Shown: positions 1-10,913, counted from the first letter of the stretch. The stretch: DNA of 64,000 nucleotides from a virus (IMGVR_UViG_3300026549_000056:1-64000); one strand, 5' to 3'. Numbers and translations: made by a program. The notes: generated by a model not told the origin, from the letters alone.

Positions 1-15
1 GCAGATCAGGTTGTA

Positions 16-291
16 TTGCATGAAATGACGCATTTTATCATTACTACTAAGACAGGTACAAAGCATGGCCACGATGAAGTCTTTAAGGCTTTAAACCTCA
101 AACTTGGTGGCAATGGCAGAGCAACCGTAGAAATTGACAGATCTGAGATGCGTCCTAAATATACTGTCTATTGTAACGAGTGTGGTAAGGTGGTTGGTCA
201 TTATTTCAGAGCTGGTTGGGTTGTTAAACATCCTGAATTGTTTTTATCTAAATGCTGTCAGGAAACCTTAAGAGTGGAGCAGAATTACTAA
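16..291 (+). CDS. SprT-like zinc metalloprotease, C-terminal part (probably starts before the window)
   Basis: HEMTH (HExxH), GHDEVFK and YTVYCNECG zinc-ribbon motifs. Confidence 0.65.
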   Translation: MHEMTHFIITTKTGTKHGHDEVFKALNLKLGGNGRATVEIDRSEMRPKYTVYCNECGKVVGHYFRAGWVVKHPELFLSKCCQETLRVEQNY

Positions 292-494
292 TTGACTATA
301 TTAGAGAGGTAATGTAATGGAAAATGTAAAAGATAAAGAATATCGTGTTGTTAGACGCGATGGAGACAAAATTCTCGTATGTTGTATTTGCCAGTCTTTT
401 TCTATGGCTATTGCTCGAAAGAAACTATTTGATCGACATTTTCAGTCACCTTGTTTCATCCAGGTAGTTAAAAAGCAAAAGGAGGATAAGTAAT

Positions 495-797
495 ATGGTA
501 ATGGCAGTTAGAAATGCAGTTAATTTAGTTGTTGATTGGCTTGAGTTGAATTATTCTCCTTGTGATACAGACACTATTGAAGCCGAAGTGCAGTCTTGGT
601 ACGACCACAGCGATATCGTAGAACCTGAGATGCTTGCGGCCGCGGTTCTTGAATGGGGTTGGTGGAGGATGGTAGCATACGAGGACTGGATTGACGCTAA
701 GAATAAATGGTTTGAAGAACCACCTATTCAGTATAGCGGAACTCCTAGCATCTGTGAAATTGAAGCTGCACAGCATGATATGATTTGGCAGGGGTGA
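495..797 (+). CDS. hypothetical protein
   Basis: 100-aa ORF with GGAGG RBS upstream. Confidence 0.6.
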   Translation: MVMAVRNAVNLVVDWLELNYSPCDTDTIEAEVQSWYDHSDIVEPEMLAAAVLEWGWWRMVAYEDWIDAKNKWFEEPPIQYSGTPSICEIEAAQHDMIWQG

Positions 798-977
798 TTT
801 GGCATGAGTATGTTGACAATTTTTGGCTTGTTAGCCAATTCAGCGGAGTACCATTATTTTGTTCATGATAACAATAGCAGCGTCAGTTTATTTGGCAAGT
901 TCTTCATTTGGTATATTGTAACGCTGCTCGGCTTGATTAGAAGTGTGTGCGCGGCGATCTGTATGTAATACTTCCAA

Positions 978-1009
978 AGGAAGGTCAGAGATAATTCTGA
1001 CCTTCCTTT
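978..1009 (+). terminator. intrinsic terminator hairpin
   Basis: AAAGGAAGGTCAGA-gataat-TCTGACCTTCCTTT followed by a T-run. Confidence 0.7.
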
Positions 1010-1056
1010 ATTTTTTATAAAATTTTTAATATAATTGTTTTATAAGAAAGAGAGAG

Positions 1057-1938
1057 GTGATACTCATGGAAGAAAAAATTTATCTTGCTAAAATCTATAG
1101 TAATGCTAAGATCATAGGCGAGCCTTATACTAATTCTAAGGGCAAACAGTATGTAAAAATTCATATGCCTTGTCCTCGTTGTGGCGGATCTGGATTGTAT
1201 GGTCCCATTTCAGTTAATAATGGTATGTGTTTTTGGTGCGGTGGATCTGGGAATATTACTAAGGATGTCCGTGCTTATACTGCAAAAGAAAAAGCAGCTA
1301 TGGATAATGCGGCTGAGCGTCGCCGTCAGAAGAAGCAGGAAGAGCACGATGCTTTAATCAGGTCTCGTATTGATAACAAGGATCAGCTCATGAAGGACTG
1401 GTTTGCAAAGCACGCCTTCAACGAGAATGGTATCACTTATATAGCCGCAGATAACGATACTTATTCTATTAAGGAAGATTTAAAGGCAGCTGGTTACAAA
1501 TATGACTCAGTTCTGGGATGGCATGCAGCGGCTGCCGCAGGTTTTAAGACAATTGAAGTGGCTTTTGATACCATTTATGATTGGAATGTACTCGCGGCAG
1601 ACGCTGAGTATAAAGTCGGAGCGGCTGATAAAATTGATGATCTCAAAAAATCTGCTTGGATTTCTGAGAGCCGCGGAGAATTTGTCGGGACTATAAAAGA
1701 GCGTCTCAAGAATTTAACACTAAAGCTGTCTAGTAAACGTGAAATTGATGGGATTTATACTTCAATTTTGTATGTTTTTCTGGATACTGCTACAGGCAAT
1801 GCTTTTGAGTGGTTTAGTTCTTCTGATAAGGGATTAGAAGTTGGCGAGACTTATACAATAGATGGAACGGTTAAGGATTTCAAATCATATCGTGGAATCA
1901 ATTACACTATTCTTACAAGATGCAAGGTGATTGTATAG
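1057..1938 (+). CDS. Zn-finger (CxxCxGxG repeats) protein with OB-fold-like C-terminus
   Basis: CPRCGGSG and CFWCGGSG motifs; ends at TAG just before a hairpin. Confidence 0.6.
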   Translation: MILMEEKIYLAKIYSNAKIIGEPYTNSKGKQYVKIHMPCPRCGGSGLYGPISVNNGMCFWCGGSGNITKDVRAYTAKEKAAMDNAAERRRQKKQEEHDALIRSRIDNKDQLMKDWFAKHAFNENGITYIAADNDTYSIKEDLKAAGYKYDSVLGWHAAAAAGFKTIEVAFDTIYDWNVLAADAEYKVGAADKIDDLKKSAWISESRGEFVGTIKERLKNLTLKLSSKREIDGIYTSILYVFLDTATGNAFEWFSSSDKGLEVGETYTIDGTVKDFKSYRGINYTILTRCKVIV

Positions 1939-1967
1939 GGTAAAGGTGCGGTGATGAATCGCACCTA

Positions 1968-1996
1968 TTGATTTCTTGAATTATTTATGATATAAT
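1968..1996 (+). promoter_or_regulatory. sigma-A/70-type early promoter, representative of about 12 copies (also near 3011, 4507, 6974, 7277, 8197, 10047, 11441, 13272, 15165, 19411, 27833)
   Basis: TTGAnn-N17-TATAAT repeated upstream of + strand genes and tRNA groups. Confidence 0.7.
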
Positions 1997-2027
1997 TTTT
2001 ATATAAAGTAAGGAGAGAATAATTCTT

Positions 2028-2735
2028 ATGCGATATAACAGAAATGAGATTTATGGTAGAATTCTGAAGAACATCGAGATTGATCGTGATGAATTCAATT
2101 GCGATTATGTAGATGAAAGAGATTTTTCTGATTTTCTTCCAGATGATTGTGCCTACGCTTACGGGGCAAGCAAGTTTGTTATTATTCCAAAGCATCGTGA
2201 TTATGTGATCAAGATTCCATTCAGTGTCCAGACTTATCGAAATGGATATTGGGAAGGGGATGATTATATTGAGGATTATGGTCCTTTTATCCCCTTCTCA
2301 GGAGCTGTTTATCCTATTGAGGGCACTACTGGTTGGGATTATTGCAGAGCGGAGGCCGAGTATTACAAGTTAGCAAGTGCAGCTGGTCTTGGTCAGTTTT
2401 TTGCAAAGACTAAGTTTATAGGTAAGATGAGAGGTTTTCCTGTTTATGTACAGGAAAAGTGTGAGATGTATGAGGATGTCTGCCTCCATCATACTATTGC
2501 AGAAAGGGAAGATACTCTGAAGCGAGCAAGTTCATTAACAAATTCGTGTATGGCACTTCATCTCAGTTATGATTTCTTAATTGAATTGATGAAGAACGTA
2601 GATTTGCATAAGATTGATGAGTTGTTTAACTTTATCGAAAAGTACAACATTACTGATCTAAGATCTTATAATTATGGATTTAGAATTAAGGATCACAGTC
2701 CAGTATTTACAGATTATTCATCGTATGATGATTAA
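2028..2735 (+). CDS. protein-kinase-like fold protein
   Basis: GASK...VIKIP...VQE...DLRSYNYG...FTDY resemble kinase subdomains I, II, VIb and VII. Confidence 0.55.
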   Translation: MRYNRNEIYGRILKNIEIDRDEFNCDYVDERDFSDFLPDDCAYAYGASKFVIIPKHRDYVIKIPFSVQTYRNGYWEGDDYIEDYGPFIPFSGAVYPIEGTTGWDYCRAEAEYYKLASAAGLGQFFAKTKFIGKMRGFPVYVQEKCEMYEDVCLHHTIAEREDTLKRASSLTNSCMALHLSYDFLIELMKNVDLHKIDELFNFIEKYNITDLRSYNYGFRIKDHSPVFTDYSSYDD

Positions 2736-2750
2736 AAGAAAGGAGACCGA

Positions 2751-3014
2751 ATGTTTTTTAAGTATAAGGTAGATTATTTCAATGAGGTAACAGACACAGA
2801 TGATGTCGCTTTCGGTTTTGTTTATGGTGATAATTATAGTGACGCCGCAGATAAGGTGTATCACGCATACTTTGACTGTATCATTGATATGACTTTATAT
2901 GAAATGGACGGCACTGATGACGGCATTCTTGAGTATGATACTGATTTTCACGATGATAAGGCTCTTTTCACTGTGACTATAGAGGAATCTAGTCCAGTAA
3001 AAAGCAAGAGTTGA
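2751..3014 (+). CDS. acidic hypothetical protein
   Basis: ORF with AAGGAG RBS. Confidence 0.6.
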   Translation: MFFKYKVDYFNEVTDTDDVAFGFVYGDNYSDAADKVYHAYFDCIIDMTLYEMDGTDDGILEYDTDFHDDKALFTVTIEESSPVKSKS

Positions 3015-3113
3015 AAACCTAGAAAATTTTTTATATAATATCTTATGTAAGGTAAAAAGATAAAGAACCTTCACACACAAAACATACAAACGAGATATAA
3101 GGAGAGAAAACTT

Positions 3114-3491
3114 ATGACAAAGAGAGAAGCATTTGAGAAGATTAAGGCTGATTACGCTAACGATCAGGAGATGGTCGATTTTGCAGAGAGCGAGCTGGCG
3201 GCGTTGGATAAGAGAGCTGCGCAGGCGAAGGCTTATAAGGCAAAGAAGGCTGCTGCTTCTGATGAGCTGAAGGCGAAGATCGCAGCAACTCTGACTGGAG
3301 AGTTCCAGGATGCAGAGACTATTACTGAAGCTATTGCCAATGGTGATGAGTCTATCACTAAGGCAAAGGTTACTGCAAGACTGAGCCAGTTGGTTAAGGC
3401 TGAGGAGGCTGTTAAAAAGACTATTAAGGTTGATGGTCGCAGAGTCATGGGATATGCCGTTGCAGGTACTCCCGTTGATGACGTTGAGTAA
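3114..3491 (+). CDS. conserved phage protein, probable C-terminal winged HTH
   Basis: AAGGAG RBS; ITKAKVTARLSQLVK HTH-like segment; terminator at about 3516-3540. Confidence 0.6.
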   Translation: MTKREAFEKIKADYANDQEMVDFAESELAALDKRAAQAKAYKAKKAAASDELKAKIAATLTGEFQDAETITEAIANGDESITKAKVTARLSQLVKAEEAVKKTIKVDGRRVMGYAVAGTPVDDVE

Positions 3492-3563
3492 TATAAACTG
3501 ATCTGTTCCATACCAAGAGGGGCTGATGAAGCCCCTCTATTTTTAATTATAAGGAGAGATATT

Positions 3564-4526
3564 ATGGCAAAATTTGCTGTACGATACAGGACTGATAATT
3601 AGTATCTTTCTGAAGTCGATGAAATTATCATTAAATATCATCCCTCTAAGACACTGATTGATTTCTTAAAAGAGCATAGCAATCAGCGAATCATTATTTC
3701 AGTGGAAGACGGACAAGCTTTTTCAAAAGAAATGGGTGTGGGTATATTAACACTTATTAAGCAAAACTTAGAAGATCCTAAGAACTGGGTAGTGCGTTTA
3801 CCAAGTTTGTTCGATCAAGAGAAGGCGATACCGGAAAAGACTTTCAAGCAATTACAAGAAATGAAGATTCCATATTTCTTCAATGATTATGTTGATAGAT
3901 GGGATATCCTTTATGGCTTATTTGATCTTGGTGTAACCGATGTCTATGTTTGTAACGAGCTTGGTTTTGAGTTAGATAAAGTTGCGGCGGCCGCGCACAA
4001 GAGACACATCGGAATTAGAGTTTTTCCAAATATAGCTCAATCCGCATGGTATAAAACTTCAGATCTAAAAAAATTCTTCATCCGCCCCGAGGATATTGAA
4101 GACTATGAGCCTTTTGTTGATACCTTTGAAATCTTTGTAAATGAAGACGCTCCAACTAATGTAGATCAGACTCTATATAAAATTTATGCAAAAGATCAAA
4201 AATGGTTTGGCAAGTTAAATGAAATTATCAGCAATTTTGATAATGAATTAGATGGCAGATTTACTCATCCACTTTGGGTGTCAAATAGAATAAGTTGTGG
4301 TAAGAGATGTCTAAAGGGTGGCCACTGCCGCATGTGTGATACCATTGCCAATCTTGGTGATACACTGAAAAAAGTTGGTGTTACTGTCGAAAAGCCTGAT
4401 CCAGTAGAGCTGCCGACAGAAGAAGAACTTGATAATCTTGTTGATAAATATTATAAGGGTAAACAGGAACCGTTCAAATGGCCTTCTAAATAGAAACAAG
4501 AAGAATTGACTTCAAAGAAAAAATAA
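3564..4526 (+). CDS. U32-peptidase-like / Cys-cluster protein (TAG read-through at 3600 and 4491)
   Basis: AAGGAG RBS before ATG 3564, in frame with track ORF 3702 across one TAG; FFIRPEDI motif and C-terminal CGKRCLKGGHCRMC. Confidence 0.55.
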
Positions 4527-4563
4527 CATATAATATTTTTATGATAAAGAAAAGAGGTATTAT

Positions 4564-4869
4564 ATGGCGGCAAAAGGAACAGCAAGTAAGCAGATTATTT
4601 TCAACAAATTAAAGGAAGTATTTCCAAAGGCATTTATGGAATCTGATAAGATTATGAGGATTCCTTTGGAAGAGGATGGAACATCAATTGAAATTAAGGT
4701 ATCATTAACTGCAGCTAAGGATTTATTAGGCAATGTCGATGATAGTCCTAAGGCGGCTGCCGCAGATTTTAATTTTACAGATATGAATCCATCAGAGGGA
4801 GACCCAATTGAGCCAACAGCAGAAGAGAAAGCTGAGGTTAAATCCCTTTTAGGAGCGTTAGGCCTGTGA
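4564..4869 (+). CDS. hypothetical protein
   Basis: ORF behind promoter and GAGG RBS. Confidence 0.6.
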   Translation: MAAKGTASKQIIFNKLKEVFPKAFMESDKIMRIPLEEDGTSIEIKVSLTAAKDLLGNVDDSPKAAAADFNFTDMNPSEGDPIEPTAEEKAEVKSLLGALGL

Positions 4870-5171
4870 CGAAAAAGCTGTATAGAGCAACTGAATTTCA
4901 GTCTTCCACAGGAAGGTGGCACGCAGGAGATTATAATCATGTAGGAGCTAACAGTAGTGCATGGTATTATGTTCCTAGAATGTTGAATATGGAATTAACT
5001 GATTATATACGACTTCTAGTTGATACATACCATGTTACTTTAGACGGATACTATGAATATACTGATGGGCGGCCGCCGCTTCTTTTATATTCTTGGAAAA
5101 ATTATGATGATTGTCACAAATGGACATTAATGGTTAATCGAGAAGCTAAAAAAAGGAATTTCAAAATCTGA
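4866..5171 (+). CDS. hypothetical protein
   Basis: GTGA overlap with the upstream gene. Confidence 0.55.
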   Translation: MTKKLYRATEFQSSTGRWHAGDYNHVGANSSAWYYVPRMLNMELTDYIRLLVDTYHVTLDGYYEYTDGRPPLLLYSWKNYDDCHKWTLMVNREAKKRNFKI

Positions 5172-5269
5172 AAATATACTTGAAAGAAAAATGAGATACA
5201 CTAGAAGATGGTATGACTTTCTTGCTATTGCCGTGTCATTTTCTAAGAGTGGGGATACTCCTCACTTAT

Positions 5270-5340
5270 GGTGATGTCTTTCAATGGTAGGAAGAGCGTC
5301 TGATACGCGCTTAATGAAAGTTCGATTCTTTCCATCACTA
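5270..5340 (+). tRNA. tRNA-Ile(GAT)
   Basis: GGTGATG/CATCACT acceptor; AGCGT-CTGATAC-GCGCT; GAAAG-TTCGATT-CTTTC. Confidence 0.9.
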
Positions 5341-5600
5341 CTCCTCGAGGTCCTGACAACGAGGTTAAATAAAGTTCAGGCCCGTTTTGTAGGTGTCCGG
5401 GATAACCACCCGTTAGGAGCCAAAGTGTTTGATGGTCATAGCTTATTTTGATAAGCAACTGGTAAGGACAAGAGCCGTAAAGAAAAAGACCTGCGGCCGC
5501 CGCTGGCGCTTGAAAATTGGCAGAGTAGTGAGAAACCATCATTTTTATAGAAAGGAGACAATATCATGTGACTACTTTAACTAAAAGGAGGCTACATTTT

Positions 5601-6038
5601 ATGTCTAGAAGCTATAAAAAAAATCCATATGTGACTGATAACTCAAACGGCAGAAAAGGTCATGGTAGACCCATGAAAGTTTATGCTGCGAAGAAAGTCC
5701 GTCATTATAAGGATATGCCCACGACAGGCAGCAGAAGTTTTTACAAAAAAGTATTCTGTTCTTATGAGATCTGTGATTATAAATGGAGATTGACAAAAGA
5801 ACAGGCAATCTTGGATTGGCACGAAGAAGAAAAAGAATATCCTTGCTGGCATAGCTATTATATTCATAAGCCCAGCAAAGGTGAATCTTACGTAGACGAA
5901 TATGGAGTGTTACATGTCTCATCTTATGAAAGAGTTCTTGAGGAAGAATACATCGAGGTGGGACCGCTGCATAAGAAATACGGAACTTTAGAAAACTACT
6001 TAAATAAATACTGGAAAAAATGGTATTATAGGAAATGA
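5601..6038 (+). CDS. basic hypothetical protein
   Basis: AGGAGG RBS at about 5587 before ATG 5601. Confidence 0.55.
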   Translation: MSRSYKKNPYVTDNSNGRKGHGRPMKVYAAKKVRHYKDMPTTGSRSFYKKVFCSYEICDYKWRLTKEQAILDWHEEEKEYPCWHSYYIHKPSKGESYVDEYGVLHVSSYERVLEEEYIEVGPLHKKYGTLENYLNKYWKKWYYRK

Positions 6039-6118
6039 TTTAATAGGGAGAAATCGTTTTCTATTTTTCTCATCTAATAGAGTTCCAAGAACAACAGTAA
6101 GGAGAAGAAACAGAAACG

Positions 6119-6700
6119 ATGAAAAATAAAGTAATAAAAGGTATAATATGCGCGGCGGTTGGTATAGTAGCAGCAACGATGCCAGTTCAAGCAAGCGAAG
6201 CACCGGCCGCCGCAGACGTGGTATATACTACTACATATGTTAATGCAAGGACTGATTCAAAAGTAAGCAAAGATACATATGCTTTTACTCTTGAGCCGAA
6301 TGAAGAATTAGTAAGACTTGATGATGGTGAAGTTTGGGATCTTGTCCAAATCAATGGAGAAACTTATTTTATTTATGATAAGTATCTTTCTTCTCAACCT
6401 GTTACTATTAAATCAAATTGTTATTATTCAGCAAAAGATTTCAAGCGAATGGGTGTATTTAATTGGGACGGATGGAAATGGACTTGGTATAGCCAACGAA
6501 TCTTGCCTGGGAGCGCATTAAATATTCCAGGTCGTCATGTAGATGTTTCTGGATATATCTGTGATGAGAATGAGCGCATTGTCTTAGCTTGTGAATCATT
6601 AACAAAAGGAACAATAGTATAGACGCCATTGGGGAAAGAAGGGGTTGTACTTGATTCTTGTCCTACCTCTGGAGTAATTGATGTATATGTTTCGTGGTGA
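6119..6700 (+). CDS. secreted SH3 + 3D-like cell-wall hydrolase (TAG read-through at 6620)
   Basis: signal peptide, SH3-like segment; frame continues past TAG as TPLGKEGVVLDSCPTSGVIDVYVSW to TGA. Confidence 0.65.
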
Positions 6701-6899
6701 ATGATATAAAAAGATTTTGTGCAATAGTCATATTAAACATATTTATCTTACTATGCTTAATCCCGTTCTTGATTTAAGGGCATTTCTGATGAAGGGGCTT
6801 CACGAGAACTTCAAGATTCAGAGTATACAATTATATATAACAATGAAATTCCTTTAGGAATTGTTTGTGAATTTGGCTATTGAAAAATATAGCCAATAG

Positions 6900-6970
6900 G
6901 CAGCGATCGTTCAATGGTAGGATGGGGGTCTCCAAAACCTTTAATCTAGGTTCGAATCCTAGTCGCTGTG
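6900..6970 (+). tRNA. tRNA-Trp(CCA)
   Basis: cloverleaf with CTCCAAA loop and G73. Confidence 0.9.
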
Positions 6971-7501
6971 CTTTTGATTTTCATAAAAATTTTTATTATA
7001 ATTATTATGAAAGTTGAGGAAAGAAATATGATTTATTTCTTATGGATAGGTAAAAAGGCTGAAATGCCCAAAGTACCATATCTATACTGTTATAGGGCAA
7101 AGTCTTTTAATCAAGCAAAGTCTTTCGTTAAAGATTGTGTCAAACCTGGAGACTACTTGATTGTTAGTTCATCCAAAGAAAAGAAAGCTCAAAAATTCGT
7201 CAAACGACTCCAGAAGTATCACCAAGGTATAACTTCTTTTTTTGCTACACTAAACATAGATGTATTATAAGATCTTTTGATTTTTAAAAGAATTTTTATT
7301 ATAATATACCTATAAGATGAAGGGAGAAAATGATATGAGCGTTGTTTATTGCTATCAGGTAACTTATGTTGACTATTGCGGTAGAACCCATATTTTTTTC
7401 TGTCAGAATAAGAATGATGTGGATCATCTGCGTGATAATTATAATGTAAAGGAAGTTTTTCCGATACGTTATGTTGTAAATTCTGATTAATATATAATAA
7501 A

Positions 7502-7641
7502 AAGACGTTTACAGCAAAGCAAATACTTTCTTTTAGATATGATAACAAGAATCATTAAAAAGGGTTGAAATAGAGAGCCGTTAAGGGGATCGTGGTAAAT
7601 CGCCTTATCTAAGGAATGAAGAAACCCCCTAGTAGCGTCTT
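7502..7641 (+). ncRNA. ACAGCAA-motif RNA copy 1 (candidate Y-RNA-like)
   Basis: AAGACG...CGTCTT closing stem with TTTACAGCAA right after the 5' strand. Confidence 0.45.
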
Positions 7642-7646
7642 GATAT

Positions 7647-7717
7647 GCTCCTATCGTACAATGGTAGTACGCGACACCTGTAATGTCGTTATTCTGGTTC
7701 GAATCCGGATGGGAGCT
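7647..7717 (+). tRNA. tRNA-Thr(TGT), C33
   Basis: CGACA-CCTGTAA-TGTCG anticodon arm, full cloverleaf. Confidence 0.85.
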
Positions 7718-7914
7718 TTAGGTATAGGTTTCCACCTAAAGCCAAAAGTGAAACTGGTGTAGTATAACGCACTCATGAGTTATACCGTACTAGAACGAAA
7801 ACTGGCGTTAACTGCGAGAAAGTTTGAGCTTTAATTGATTTCCCAAATTGCAAATCATGCGGCGCATAGTTGCAAACCTCACGCCAGAGGGGTGGCTCCC
7901 ATGAGGTCTAGTAT

Positions 7915-7985
7915 GGAGCTGTAGTCCAAAGGTAGAACACCAGACTGTTAATCTGGGTACGAAGGATCGTTACCTTCCAGCTCCG
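7915..7985 (+). tRNA. tRNA-Asn(GTT)
   Basis: CCAGA-CTGTTAA-TCTGG; GGAGCTG/CAGCTCC. Confidence 0.9.
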
Positions 7986-8116
7986 CTTAATAAAAGAACT
8001 AGAGTAGTTAGTCACACCAACGGGAGCGGCTATCCGAAGCTGAGTGATGATAACACTTGTCAGCGGGCGCACCCAATGTTAAGATTTGCCTAGTTCAAGC
8101 TTTATCAGCAGGCGAT

Positions 8117-8188
8117 GGCTCTGTACGTCAAAGGTTAGACGGGTAGACTGTCGATCTACAGATCCGAGTTCAAGTCTCGGCGGAGTCG
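8117..8188 (+). tRNA. tRNA-Asp(GTC)
   Basis: GTAGA-CTGTCGA-TCTAC. Confidence 0.9.
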
Positions 8189-8399
8189 TTTATTACTTGA
8201 AAAGTAATAAAAATTTTATTATAATTATTATATAAGAAATGAGAAGTAAGCACGGAGACTAATTATGATTATTGGATTTATTGTTGGAGTGGTTGTTTGT
8301 ATCGCACTCTTTGATATTATCTTTATGATTGGTGCTAACGCAATCAAGGATGCCATTAATCAGTCCCTTGGCTATGATGATTATAATAGAATGTAATAT

Positions 8400-8474
8400 C
8401 GCTTTGTCGTCTAGTTCGGTTTAGGATAGTTGTTTCTCATGCAACAGACATTGGTTCAAATCCAATCAGAGTGA
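8400..8474 (+). tRNA. tRNA-Glu(CTC)
   Basis: GTTGT-TTCTCAT-GCAAC; C1-G72, A73. Confidence 0.75.
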
Positions 8475-8581
8475 TGTGAGACATAATGTCTCATGGTGTA
8501 CCGTCGTGGTCAATAGATTCGTCTGAGGATACGCTTAACAGTGACCACATAAATCTAAACAGCTAAGGAGTGTCCTCATAT

Positions 8582-8653
8582 GGCCCGTTAGGCAAGCGGC
8601 TAAGCCATTGCCCCTTCACGGCAAAGGCGCCAGTTCGACTCTGGCACGGGCTA
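8582..8653 (+). tRNA. tRNA-Glu(TTC), C33
   Basis: TTGCC-CCTTCAC-GGCAA; D arm TAGGCAAGCGGCTAAGCC. Confidence 0.9.
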
Positions 8654-8968
8654 TTAAAGGCAATATCAACTCGGGGCGGCCGCGTTAAAGAAACCCGAGA
8701 GAGTTGATCTGGTAGATCCAGAGCTGGGAGAGATACAGCATATACCCACTACCTTGATAGGGAGTCATGACCCTTCGAATTTCGGCTATAAAATTAAAAG
8801 GGAGCCGCCAATTGCAACAAAGCCTTTTCAATCATTGGTTTTTTCAATAGCGAGGTATAGACCGTTGCACTATTAAAGTTCTTTTAATCAAAAATTAAAT
8901 TAAAGGAAGTATAAACCGATGTTTTAATGATACCAGTTTGTGAGGGTCTGGCAAAAACCTCACTTTAT

Positions 8969-9044
8969 TGCAGAGTAGACTGGAGTCTGGTACCAGCTCT
9001 GGCTCATAACCAGATCTACGCGAGTTCGAATCTCGCCTCTGCTA
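8969..9044 (+). tRNA. tRNA-Met(CAT)
   Basis: TCTGG-CTCATAA-CCAGA. Confidence 0.85.
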
Positions 9045-9320
9045 TGCTACCAAGCAATAGCTAGGAATAGTTAAAAAGAACCTGCTGGCTTAAATCGTCC
9101 CGACGGCCATAAGAGAACAAGGTTGGGCGTCTTGTAATAGGGGAGGCCTAGGCTTGGTAATTTGTCCGCACTACCTGGCGGGGTATAAATATGGGACTAG
9201 CTCGCATCCCTAGTATAAATAAGATGCGCTTATCTCTTTCAGAGTCGCGTTATGTATGGCTCTTTTTAAATATATTCAAAAGAGGTAAAAGGAGCGCGGC
9301 CGCACTTATGGGCCGCAAAT

Positions 9321-9392
9321 GGGCCAGTCGTTCAATGGGAGGACTCTACACCTGCAATGTAGTAATGGGGGTTCAATTCCCCTCTGTGTCCA
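9321..9392 (+). tRNA. tRNA-Ala(TGC), C33
   Basis: CTACA-CCTGCAA-TGTAG; G3:U70; irregular acceptor. Confidence 0.75.
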
Positions 9393-9458
9393 CTTCACTT
9401 CCTATTTTCGTTTGCTAGTTATCTAGGAAGTAAAATTAGAGTAACTGGCTATTTTTAT

Positions 9459-9531
9459 GGACAGGTGGCAGATACGGTTATTGCGGGAGACTGAAAATCT
9501 CTAGGAGTTGGATCGACACCAACCCTGTCCA
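9459..9531 (+). tRNA. tRNA-Phe(GAA)
   Basis: GGAGA-CTGAAAA-TCTCT. Confidence 0.9.
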
Positions 9532-9533
9532 CT

Positions 9534-9596
9534 TAAGCGCGAACAGCAACTTTTACAAGGGATTGAATGGTAATCAATTAAACTTTAATGCGCTTA
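9534..9596 (+). ncRNA. ACAGCAA-motif RNA copy 2
   Basis: TAAGCGC/GCGCTTA stem followed by GAACAGCAA. Confidence 0.45.
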
Positions 9597-9610
9597 GAAC
9601 TTGTATCAAA

Positions 9611-9683
9611 GACGCTTACAGCAATTACTTTTATTCTTGTGCTTCGCGCCTACGGCGCTCAGTAAAATAATATAGGGGGCGTC
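9611..9683 (+). ncRNA. ACAGCAA-motif RNA copy 3
   Basis: GACGC/GCGTC stem followed by TTACAGCAA. Confidence 0.45.
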
Positions 9684-9685
9684 AT

Positions 9686-10066
9686 ATGACGATTACTTTA
9701 TTTATAACGATTCTTACAATAGGATCAATACTTAATATTCTAATGACGCAAGCGATTAAGCAGTGGTATAAAAATTAGGGAAAGATAGCTCCACCAAATA
9801 TGATAGCACTAATTAATAGTGTAGTATGTGGGGGCGGAGTAACAGCAGTTGTTTATATGTTGCTATCTATCCCGTGGACAGTCAATAATATCATATGTCT
9901 AGTGTGTGTGATATTCTTTAACTGGTTATCAGCAATGACTTCATACGATAAAGTTATACAAACTGTTGAGCAAATTGGCGTGGCCCTTGGTCAAAATATC
10001 ACTGATCCAGCGGAACCGAACGACTTAACGGGCGCCGCCGCTGACTTGAAAAATAAGAAAAATTAA
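9686..10066 (+). CDS. holin-like membrane protein (one in-frame TAG)
   Basis: ATG 9686 in frame with track ORF 9800 across TAG; three hydrophobic segments; C-terminal SYDKVIQTVEQI. Confidence 0.6.
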
Positions 10067-10218
10067 GATATAATAATTAAAGATACTGATGATAACCTTT
10101 ATCATTTTCATGAAAGACTTTCTTTCTGATGACGTGGCTAACGCCCACCACCTAGTACGTTAAGCTGGGGAACTCCAGGGTATGTTACTCTGCAAGGCCA
10201 GGTTGTGCTGGCCATTTA

Positions 10219-10300
10219 GTTGGCGTGATGGAACGTATACATCGAGGTCTTAAAAACCTCGGCCAGTAATGGATTGGGGGTGCAAGTCCCCTCGCCAACA
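10219..10300 (+). tRNA. tRNA-Leu(TAA)
   Basis: GAGGT-CTTAAAA-ACCTC with long variable arm. Confidence 0.85.
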
Positions 10301-10400
10301 CGAAAAAGGAGATAGATGAAGGTCATGTCTTCATTGAAAAGGTAACTCCATTCGCCTTCTCCTTTTATTCTTTTTGAATGGAGAGAAATGGAGATAATAA

Positions 10401-10550
10401 ATGATAGTTAATGGATATAAGATTATTGAGGATGGGTACTAGTATGTTCCTTCTACTAAAGGAACGTCGTTGTATGGACAAACCTTTGGGAAATTAATAG
10501 TAATAGGCAGCCCTTATAAAAGGGTTGGAGCAAAAAATACAAAAGCATAA
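10401..10550 (+). pseudogene. truncated homing-endonuclease-like ORF
   Basis: LYGQTFGKLIVI resembles the DLTGQRFGxLTV repeat of 22373-23278; ends after 49 codons; contains a TAG. Confidence 0.4.
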
Positions 10551-10570
10551 CTTATACAGTATAATATTTT

Positions 10571-10913
10571 GGGTCTGTAAATTTGGTATCGACAGGCATG
10601 GAAGATTCAGAGATAGCACGCGGTTGATGGTTAAGCCAACCTTAAAATTAACCAAAACAATAAACGCTGAAAATATTCAGATAGCTGCCTGAGCTTATCA
10701 GGTATCTTTAAGTAAGATCACTCTAGTAGCTTAAAGGTTCAATTACAGAGTTGCGTGAGGTGATTGACGCCCGCCCCACAAAGATAAGTCAAAGCGGCTT
10801 TAGATGGTTCGTCTATTGTTCACATCTATTGCGTCCATGAGATACAGTAGACTAAGCGTGTAGATTCTCTGATCGGAAATGTTTGGACGGGAGTTCGACC
10901 CTCCCCAGATCCA
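10571..10913 (+). ncRNA. ssrA: tmRNA, tag peptide (A)AENIQIAA*
   Basis: GGGTCTG...TCGAC 5' end; GGGAGTTCGACCCTCCC-CAGATCCA 3' tRNA-like domain with G3:U70; tag ORF 10666-10692 after ATAAAC, ending Ala-Ala-stop. Confidence 0.9.
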
